A stretch of 32,904 nt of DNA from Octopus bimaculoides (Eukaryota), in assembly GCF_001194135.2 (NCBI RefSeq), contig NC_068991.1:50323298-50356201 (forward strand), read 5' to 3'. Shown piece after piece: positions 24,439 to 32,904 of this stretch. Both the position numbers and the translations under genes were made by a program. The notes under the pieces are model-generated. The model was given only the letters and a program-made list of their open reading frames with translations. It was not told where the DNA came from and searched no databases. Position 1 is the first letter of the stretch, and every line of letters begins with the position of its first letter.

Positions 24439-24640
24439 GAGGCGGCGAGCAGGCAGAATCGTTAGCACGTCAGGCAAAATTCATAGCGGCATTTCGTCCG
24501 TCTTTACATTCTGAGTTCAAACGCCACCGAGGTCGACTTTGTTTTTCATCCTTTCGGAGTCGATAAAGGTCGATGTAATCTATGCGCTTATCCCCCTCTT
24601 CCGAAATTGCTGGCCCTCTGCCATAATTTGAAACCAATTT
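24439..24640 (+). mobile_element. tRNA-derived SINE, family A
   Basis: gaggcggcgagcaggcagaatcgttagcacg...ttctgagttcaaacgcc...gaaattgctggcc...tttgaaaccaat. Confidence 0.88.
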
Positions 24641-26167
24641 CTATGGATGGGTAACAAAGAAGTCTGCTGCTTGAAATTTCTTTGACTATGACACATTTTT
24701 CCCAATATAATCTTTTATACATGCAAATCATTGACTCCGGAAACGAAATAGTGTCATTTTTGTAGTGTATTTGTTTGTGTTCATTTTATAGTAACAATAC
24801 CAATCTATTATATATCATTTCTTACATAGGAACAAGGCAATAAACGCTAAGAAGATAAAAATGATGGAAATAGAATTAATAGGATGAATAAATACCTTAT
24901 ATATTATTTACTCATAATTATTTTATTATCGAAAGATGATAAGAAGCGTCGATCCTGCTGGGATTTCATCGCCGAACATAAATGAAGGTTACGATATACT
25001 GCAGCATTTATGTGTCTGGCACTCTCACCATTGTTGTTACTGTGGTTTCCTCAGTTGAAGGAGTTCAGCGCTGTAGCTGGTGTTTGAAGTAGCAGAATAG
25101 GTTCAACTAGAATCGATTTGAAACTTCCTAAGAGAACTTGGCCATGAAAACGGTTTTCTTGGGTAAGTTTTGTCCATGACAATTTACCTTCCTCTCGGAA
25201 TATAATTCCACATCGCAGGCGCCGCCCCTTTCTTTAGACCGTGCCATTCTCCGCCTTTAATTATATAAATAATAGAAATATATTTCTCTGTTGATGCGGC
25301 GGTTTAATTATCAACCTCTGAGCACAAAAAAAGAAACATTAATAATTCAAAGTTTATAATGCCAAAGACGTGTGTAAAATAAATCATTGGCATTTGATGC
25401 GATTAGATATATATTTGTGTGTGTGTGTGTGTGTGTGTGTTTGTGTGTGTGATTGGAAATATAATGAACTTTTTTTCCTTTCTGATAAATTTGTAGGGGA
25501 GGTACATCTATTGAACTGACTACATTATATCAATATTTCATTAATATATACTTTTATCGATTTAGAATGAATAGTATACTCGACCTGAGATGTGGTGGTG
25601 GCGGTTGTGATGGTGGGAATAGAGGGACTTTTGAACTCAGAATGTCAAGAAATGTAACTAAAGGCCTCAAAGACACAATCATCTGAATAAAACCAATATT
25701 ATCTGAGACAAGTGTTTATTTCTTATATAAAGAATAAAATAAATAAAATGAAATAGGAAAATAATGAAAGAAAATCGACAAATGTTTTCGGTGTCAGATC
25801 CGAGTTGCCGGAAGCGTAAAATCTTTATCTTGATAGCTTACGATACATTGCTCTTTTTGTTTTAACTTTGTCGCCTCTTGAATCACTAACCTGTAAGAAT
25901 TCGAGTTATGTCGGAGTCTTGGTAAGTTCACTTCACCTGCTAATGACTAAACAGATTCAAATCTCCCTCAGATTCCATCCTGCTGTCTTTAAAAAAGCAA
26001 GAGTCTCGAATTTATTTCATATTTAATAGATTTACTTGGTCGAGCTGGCCAATAACATACATGAAATTGCTAACGAGCTGGCCAATAACATAAATAAAAA
26101 TAGCTAACGGCAATAAACCCCCTCCACTAGCTATTTCCTCGTCATATACACACGCACACACAGACGT

Positions 26168-26480
26168 GCTAGAAATATCAACCAAATACCCCTCAAATTA
26201 CACACTACCATCTTAGAAACGAAAATGACAAATTGGAGAAGGAAGTCAGAGATAAACAGGAAGGTGAAGTAGTCATGGCTAGAACACCTTTTATCATAGA
26301 CCTACTTGATCAGAGCTGACTTGCCGTTGCCTCTACGCCGACTGACCTGCAAATCTTCCTCAAACCATACCTTTGTCGTCTTAAATAAAAGAGACACTGA
26401 TTAGTGAATCCCAAAACGCAATATACCTTACAATAAACGACAGGATGCGTTTAGCCATCCTGGAGCTAAACAACAACTTA
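26168..26480 (+). mobile_element. Interspersed repeat fragment (SINE/LINE-like tail ending gctaaacaacaac)
   Basis: tgctagaaatatcaaccaaatacccctcaaattacac...gtcatggctagaacaccttt...gatcagagctgac; a related fragment lies at ~25958-25998. Family assignment is from recall only. Confidence 0.35.
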
Positions 26481-26771
26481 GAGAAATGAATAAAACATTT
26501 CCTTTCTTCAGTTATTAATCTCAATGTTTTGTAGTTGAGGAGAGAGGTGCTTAAAATCATGGCCTAGTCTTTCAAAGGCCTGAGTGGCCTTTATCACATG
26601 TGTGTATATTGAATTATAAAATCTCGATTTTATCTCGATCTATGCGGTGTTTGTAAAGATCATTCCTTTTGATTTCCTCGTCAGAATACAGAAAATTTTT
26701 GGCACGCACAAGCAGAAGCGCCCATGTGATGTCAGGATGGTACAAATTCTTATAAAACCTTAACCTGCAAC

Positions 26772-27055
26772 AGAATGACAAAAAAACACGTTCAAAAGCC
26801 GCTTACAATAACGCAGTATCTCAGCTAGTGACCACCATCTGAAAAGTTAGAGCACTTTTGAGAAACGTCTATAAATCAAAAGACGTCAGAATAAGCTAAA
26901 GGTGAGATGGACAATCATAGACAGAGCACTGACAGATACGCTTCCAAGATCTGCGACGTATACTTCAGAATTCCATATCGTTCGTCATTCTTCTCTAATC
27001 CTAAACAAAAGATGTAAACTTATCTCTACATGCCACCATATATCAAAATTCAAGC
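26772..27055 (+). mobile_element. Penelope-like element (Neptune-type) GIY-YIG C-terminal remnant
   Basis: With single-base frameshifts: MTK-NTFKSR-YNN (resembles GMT.NTFK.RYNNH), KVRWTIIDRA (resembles IKWSILSRA), LILNKRCKLISTCHHISKF (resembles LLNKRSELISKCRH.NKF). Confidence 0.62.
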
Positions 27056-27529
27056 AGACCCACTTACGGATAACTGAGAAAAGAAAGGGAACCATGAACA
27101 AAACTATTAACAAGATGATTCGCTCTAAAGTACAACCACCACATACTGACGCGCATCAAAACGATCGAATGTCGCTGACAACTACGTGAATAACTCAAAA
27201 GCAAGATTTCCTATTGATCCAAACCAAATGACCAATCGAAAGCTGCCTTGAAATATGCTGGCTTCCGTTATTGCAGACTCACTCATGAATACAATCACAT
27301 AACGTTAACCGCATGAAAACTTACGCATGAGGAATTAAACCGGTTTGCCAACACACGGTCAAATATATACAGATATTTTCCGACATACGGTCGATCGAGT
27401 TCTGATATTTCGATTAAATATTATAGCTCCGATATCGATGATAGGATTCTTTTCTCAGAACTTCAACCAATAGCAGATGAGAGGTGATTTGTGTCCTTCT
27501 TTGTATTTCGTTTGACTTGGTTTCTCTGC

Positions 27530-27620
27530 TCAAACTCTCTCTCTCTCTCTTTCACCCTCTCTCTCTTGCCCCCTCTCTCTCCCTATCTCTCTATCTATCT
27601 AGCTACCTATCTCTCTATTA

Positions 27621-27658
<38 letters not shown>

Positions 27659-27660
27659 TT
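27530..27660. repeat. (TC)n/(TCTA)n microsatellite
   Basis: Directly visible. Confidence 0.95.
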
Positions 27661-28711
27661 TGTTCTTTCATTTTTCCAATGAAAACCCCCTTTACTTTTT
27701 CTTATAAAATTCTCCTATTTCAAAGGTTTGTGTTGCTTCTCTCTTCACATCCATTCTCAAAACGTTACTTTTATCATGTCACTGCCTTATTTTCATAAAC
27801 AATGTTGTCAACAGTTCTTCAGAGATGACTCTAATTTCTTCGTTCTTCCCCATATTAAACATACAAATTATTAACCTCTACCTTACATGTTATTGAATTT
27901 CTAGAATGTTCAATTGATTTTTTTTTTCTACTTCTGCAATGACATCTCTTCATATCTTTACAGTTTCAGTTTGTAATGCTTGGATTGGATCGTTGAAACT
28001 ATATTTTTAGAAAAAGAAATTTTTTTAAATATTAAAAAGAGTTCTATAGAAGAGATGTTATCGCCATGGAGTCAAATACAATATCGTTATGACAGCAATC
28101 ATTTATGTCACCGACCTTCAGGTGTATTCTGAATCTGAACTAGGATATACAGGTGAGCTGAGAATGTTGAGATGGTGGTTTATCACAGTAGTTATAATCA
28201 TATTAGCCATTTAAGAGCATACAAAAAATTTCTATTTATTGTTTATTCATTGAGGTGTCAACTTTTCGTCGCACCTCAATGGTGTTGTCATTGACACAAT
28301 CCTATTGTTCTCTGTGGGCAGTAGAATTTCGTCAGTGACCAAGTGGCAGAAGTGTTACGGAACAGTTCAACTGTTTCAGTAACCAGGACGCAGAAATGTG
28401 ACGAAACATTTGACACCACAAAAATAAACGTTAAGAGAACATATCAGTCGTTAAGTGTTCTTAAATGGGTTTTTTATGATATAACTGCTTCAGTTTCAAC
28501 TCACAATCTCAGCTCAAGTCAAGTGCTAAACAATTACCAGCTAGAAATTTTTAAGTGACTTTTTTCAGGAAAACAAACATATTCTGCTATGAAAAAGGAT
28601 ATGTTAAGCGCTGCATCTTTTCAAAGTTAATACAACGAGATTCTAGTTTGTAAGCCACGGAGAGTGTACAGCAGCAGAAATCAGATGCGAACTGTTCACT
28701 TTCTAGTCGGC

Positions 28712-28735
28712 CGGTCGGTCGGTCGGTCGGTCGGT
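28712..28735. repeat. (CGGT)6 microsatellite in a locally CpG-rich patch
   Basis: Directly visible. Confidence 0.9.
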
Positions 28736-29290
28736 CGTCTGATCCTGCGTTATCGCCTCGGTCAGTTGTCAATAAATAATTCAAATTTATTTCAACTGGA
28801 GTTGTTTCACTAATCAGTCCGTCATCAATCGGCAACAGAACTACATGGTAATGTTGATAACAAGTATAACTAATTGGGGAGATCTTCCCTAGAAAGAACC
28901 CAAGTATTGGAAGCTTTATATCGTACGAATAGTTTGAATAGAAACTAAATGACTATTTAATAGATGGGAAATATTATCGGTTGATAGAACAAAGACATAA
29001 CATTGATTATTACTCGACCATTTCTACTACCGCCGTAAATGGACTCATTGCGTGACAGTAATAATATGGATCTTGTATACATTAAAGAAAACAATTTGTT
29101 TTTACACTTATTTCATTTACATATCAAACGAACACTGGAGGAAAACCTGAATTCGTTTCCAAGTACAGATACTTGTTTCTGTCTAAGGATTGGTACATTA
29201 TACTGCTTCTATCAATAAACTCGATATTACAATGTAAAACTAACATAGTAAAACTCAAACTGTTTTTAAATGGTGAATTTATTGAATTCG

Positions 29291-29360
29291 CGACGGATGA
29301 TAGGTAATAAATGTCATGGGAACTACGACGGATGATAGGTAATAAATGTCATGGGAACTA
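29291..29360 (+). repeat. Perfect 35-bp tandem duplication
   Basis: cgacggatgataggtaataaatgtcatgggaacta occurs twice with no mismatch. Confidence 0.97.
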
Positions 29361-30187
29361 CTAAATGTGTATAAGTAATGAGTTCAAATGACTGGAGTGC
29401 TTTATTGCACGCAATTCCTTAAATTGGACCTGGATCAAATGAAAGCATAGCAGACCGAGACAATAAGAACCGGAACAACTGGACATGAACTCAGCACTCC
29501 TAAATTATATAGCGCTCCCACTGTTTACTGAATCACTTGTCAGTCAATGCTATTGATATTGAATTACAAATAGTTCAATTGGCTGTAGAAGTAGCTTTAG
29601 TTTATTTTAGCTGTTGGTTCAATCAATCTTATTGACTGTTAATAACAGCCATCAACCATCAAATTGTGCATCTACTTGAGCTATTGATAGACATAAGTGG
29701 AGACTTCCTGATAACAATAATCAAGCTAATGTCTGAGGAGGAAGCATTTGAGATGTTTCCATTGTATTGTAACCATGGTAATCATTAATAATAGAACATG
29801 GAGACGGATGGTAGCGAATGGGGGAAGGGGCATTGAAAACTATCGAGGTTATTTCAAGTAAACAGTCTCTAAACATCAAACACTGCAATATTATGAGGAA
29901 TTCTGCAAAAGCAAATGCTGTCAGGATTTGGAAAAGGTTATCATTATTTCTATACAGATTTCCATGTCTGTATTTCTTAGATGAAGTATCATCACAGTTG
30001 CAGTATAGATGGCGCTCTCATAAATGGATGGCGCTCTTATAAATGAACGGCGCTCTCATAGCGGCACTGTCATAAGTGACACGGTCATTAGAGACACGGT
30101 GATGGATGGCACAGTCAATGTCATCTTTCGTATTTTATTAACAGTAAGTGTTATTTTCTTTATTGTTCATGGCGATGATGGTAGTGA

Positions 30188-30316
30188 GAAGAAGAAGAAG
30201 AAGAAGAAGAAGAAGAAGAAGAAGAAGAAGAAGAAGAAGAAGAAGAAGAAGAAGAAGAAGAAGAAGAAGAAGAAGAAGAAGAAGAAGAAGAAGAAGAAGA
30301 AGAAGAAGAAGAAGAA
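30188..30316. repeat. (GAA)43 trinucleotide repeat
   Basis: Directly visible; accounts for the poly-K and poly-L ORFs. Confidence 0.98.
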
Positions 30317-30333
30317 ACTGATGATGATGATAT

Positions 30334-30915
30334 ATCCATTCATCCATTCATCTGGTCATTCTAAACCCCCTCCTATATAGGGTCCTATCAGAAGTAACTT
30401 ATTAGACTCTCTGGCTGGGTTCCCAATTGAAACTATTGATGTTATCCAACCAGATCGTTCTTGGTCTCGGCTCGGCCTCAAGAATCTCTTTCTAACTACA
30501 TTTCCGTGGCGCCGGAGCTATGACCTCTCGATGTCAAGTAGCCTAGACCTAGAGAGACATCCTGATGTTCGAGCAACACAGAATTTTTCCCTGGGAATCC
30601 CATTTTGGCCGTTTGTATTTGCGATCGTGCTCGTTCGATCATTACCCAACATTCATGGCCATAGATGAGGATAGGCACTGAAACCGAATTGAAGATAGCA
30701 AGTTCAGCTTTTTTGCTAACCTTTCATTTCTGAAGATGAGGGTTGAATGCTTTAGCTGGAGCTGAATTAGATTCTAGAATCTAATTCAGGCTTCTGCTTT
30801 CCTTCAGATACTTAAACTTCTCCACTTGCCTCAGTAAATTTCAACTAACATGTAAGGTACACTAGCACGACTTGCTTGAGAGGATCAACGTTTCAGCCTT
30901 CGTAACACTAATTCT
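30334..30915 (-). mobile_element. RTE-clade (Rex3/Expander-like) LINE 3' remnant
   Basis: RISVTKAETLILSSK..CTLHVS..LLRQVEKFKYL and SKKAELAIFNSVSVPILIYGHECWVMIERARSQIQTAKMGF match the RTE RT C-terminus (MRISTSKSE...QVEEFKYL...PTLTYGHE.WVMTER.RSRIQAAEM.F). (GATG)-like tail gatgaatggatgaatggat at 30334-30352. Confidence 0.85.
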
Positions 30916-31107
30916 CAGTTCTACATTTGAGAGATGAGGTAGCTAGTTTCTATTATGTACATTATTTACATCTTGTTTGTTGTTAACACCTTCATTAGGT
31001 GTCCTGGGGGAATTTCGAACCTAGGTTCTCATTCCTAAGGTATTTTTCCGATTTTGTTGTTGTTGTTGTTGCTATTATTATCATTATTATTATTATTATG
31101 ATTATTA

Positions 31108-31185
<78 letters not shown>

Positions 31186-31427
31186 TCACTGCCTGGAATC
31201 GAACTTGGGGGTTAGTAGCCCGCGCTCTTAACCACTACGCCTTATACCCGTGGGCAATTATGGAGTGAATTTTAGGGCTTATAAATCCAATAATTTCCTA
31301 TCCTTCCTTAATACCAGTTCCCATATGCTACTCATATCTGCACTAAGTCCGCTTAGAAGGTTATTATGTCCTAGCATATGTGCTGCCTCTTTTAGTTTTC
31401 GTATTTTCCAATAGTGTTCCCTGTCTA
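30916..31427 (-). mobile_element. Inverted PLE 3' terminal repeat (pseudo-LTR) with tRNA-like segment, (TAA)n tract and hammerhead-like remnant
   Basis: 31284-31427 is the reverse complement of 32649-32792 (144 nt, 14 mismatches). Continuing on the minus strand: ggcgtagtggttaagagcgcgggctactaacccccaagttcgattccaggc (A/B boxes, 31191-31241), (TAA)n at ~31073-31181, then gacacctaatgaaggtgt. Confidence 0.8.
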
Positions 31428-32863
31428 AGATTCCCAAGGATGGTATTCCATTACGACCTGTAGTGGGCTGTAGAGGTTCAGCATGTCATCCACTGAGCCG
31501 CTTCCTTGTGGATATAATCAGTCCATTAGCAGGAAAGTCAACATCAGACGTGAAGAACTCCATCTACTTCCCAGAACTGATCAACGATACCTCCATTGGA
31601 TCCAACCAGATGGTGAGTCTAGATGTGATAAATCTATTCACCAAAGTCCCAACTGAGGAAGCACTATCGGTGATTCAAGAAAAAATGGTGACAGACACCT
31701 ATCTAAAAGAACGCACTAGTATACCAATAAGAAACTTGATGAAAATGTTGACCTTCTGTGTAGAAACTACCTACTTCAGAAGGACACTGATATATATCGA
31801 CAACAAGAGGGTTTAGCTATGGGTTCGCCATTATCACCGATAATAGTCAATATATACATAGAATACTTTGAGAATTTGGCTTTAGGATCAACGCCATATG
31901 TTGATGACACCTTTATACTCTGACCCCACCAGGAAGATGTCCAAGTACTGTTAGATCATGTGAACTCAATAAAGCCATCCATACAGTTCACAATGGAAAA
32001 GGGAAAAGACAATCAGCTAGCATTCCTGAACATATTAATACTACGCACGAAGTATGGATCCAGGACATCCGTATACCGCAAGCCAACATTCACTGGACGA
32101 TATCTCAACTTCAATTCCCACCATCCATACAGTGTAAAGAGAGGGATTACTCAGTGCCTAAAACATCGAGCAAAGAATATAAGTAGCGATTCTGATACAC
32201 ACCATGAAGAAATGATCAAGCTGAGTAACAATCTATTAAGCAACAGCTACCCCCAAAACATACTATCCACTCCAATTATGAAGAGAAGAGAAGATGAAAT
32301 CAATAAACTGTCCACAGTCTGTCTACCCTCTCTGAAAGGCCTCTCCGAAAAGGTACAAAAGATATGACCCATATGACATCAGGACAGTATTCAAGAGTAA
32401 TACAACACTTCGCAAATATCTCCTTCGAGTAAAACCACCAATAGAAGAGAATATGGCCAAAGACTGCGTGTACTCCATCCCATGCAGCTGTGGTAGGTTA
32501 TACAAAGATGAAACATGCCGCCCTCTCAAAATAAGGGTAGAGGAACATCGCAAAGTTGTGACACGAGGAGATATTGATAAATCGGATATAGCTGATCATG
32601 TATGGAAAAACGGAGAACACCTCCCCCTGTGGGATGAAGTTAAAATAATAGACAGAGAACACCACTGGAAAATACGAAAACTAAAAGAGGCAGCACATAT
32701 ACTAGGACATAATAACCTCCTAATCAGATCTAGTGTAGATATTAGTAGCATATGGGAACCGGTATTAAGGAAGGATAGGAAAATATTAGATTCTTTGCGC
32801 TACCTCACTGTGACTATCTTGAAAGCCGAAAAGGCTTTTTTCTGTTTGTATTGTATTGTTTTA
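31428..32863 (+). mobile_element. 5'-truncated Penelope-like retroelement (Penelope/Poseidon-type, RT followed by GIY-YIG endonuclease), pseudogenised
   Basis: KIPKDGIPLRPVVGCRGS...MVSLDVINLFTKVP...QQEGLAMGSPLSP...YVDDTFIL*PH...FTMEK..NQLAFLNILI..SVYRKPTFTGRYLNFNSHHP, then (frame of 32453-32863, hand-translated and absent from the ORF track) KDCVYSIPCSCGRLYKDETCRPLKIRVEEH...WDEVKIIDREHHWKIRKLKEAAHI. Frameshifts at ~31785 and ~32367, TGA at 31921, short deletion before YVDD. Confidence 0.93.
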
Positions 32864-32877
32864 GTACCGCATACGTA

Positions 32878-32904
32878 TAATTATTCCTTTTGCTTATTGT
32901 ACAG
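32878..32904 (+). promoter_or_regulatory. Candidate 3' splice acceptor at the window end
   Basis: taattattccttttgcttattgtacag: pyrimidine tract plus terminal CAG ending exactly at the last base. Confidence 0.45.

Noticed and set aside
29291-29360. CRISPR-like direct repeats (also 3485-3528, 8697-8753, 26041-26092)
   Set aside because: Only two copies each, no unique spacer series, no cas genes, and a eukaryotic context.
31191-31241. Possible tRNA gene
   Set aside because: A and B boxes are present but the segment is too short, lacks a full cloverleaf and an acceptor stem, and is embedded in a repeat. Treated as tRNA-derived.
31921-32367. In-frame TGA codons in the PLE as possible selenocysteine recoding, as reported for Naiad PLEs
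   Set aside because: TGA 31921 replaces a Trp position and TGA 32365 arises at a frameshifting deletion. The element has other lesions, RT-before-endonuclease order, and no SECIS that I can identify.

Overview
AT-rich, repeat-dense eukaryotic non-coding DNA (intronic or intergenic) from a gapped draft assembly with five N-gaps. The SINE, MITE and microsatellite content resembles repeats I recall from octopus (coleoid cephalopod) genomes; this taxonomic call is inference, not a database result. I can support no intact protein-coding gene, rRNA, true tRNA or CRISPR array, and most ORFs in the supplied track are microsatellite translations or antisense frames. The window holds decayed mobile elements: a Gypsy gag-protease remnant, three Penelope-like element (PLE) coding remnants, HERO-like and CRE-like restriction-endonuclease LINE 3' ends, an RTE LINE 3' end, several tRNA-derived SINEs, mariner-type MITEs and one hAT-like MITE. 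The most interesting structures are: (i) a PLE (RT + GIY-YIG) preceded by an inverted copy of its own 3' end, which carries a tRNA-like Pol III module and a hammerhead-like remnant; (ii) a second, nearly complete hammerhead core at ~23.0 kb; (iii) several long inverted-repeat pairs that would form dsRNA if transcribed; (iv) a strong splice acceptor at the window end, with a possible ATG-terminated upstream exon. I see no convincing evidence of a new multi-gene system. All translations and alignments were done by hand and coordinates of decayed elements are approximate.
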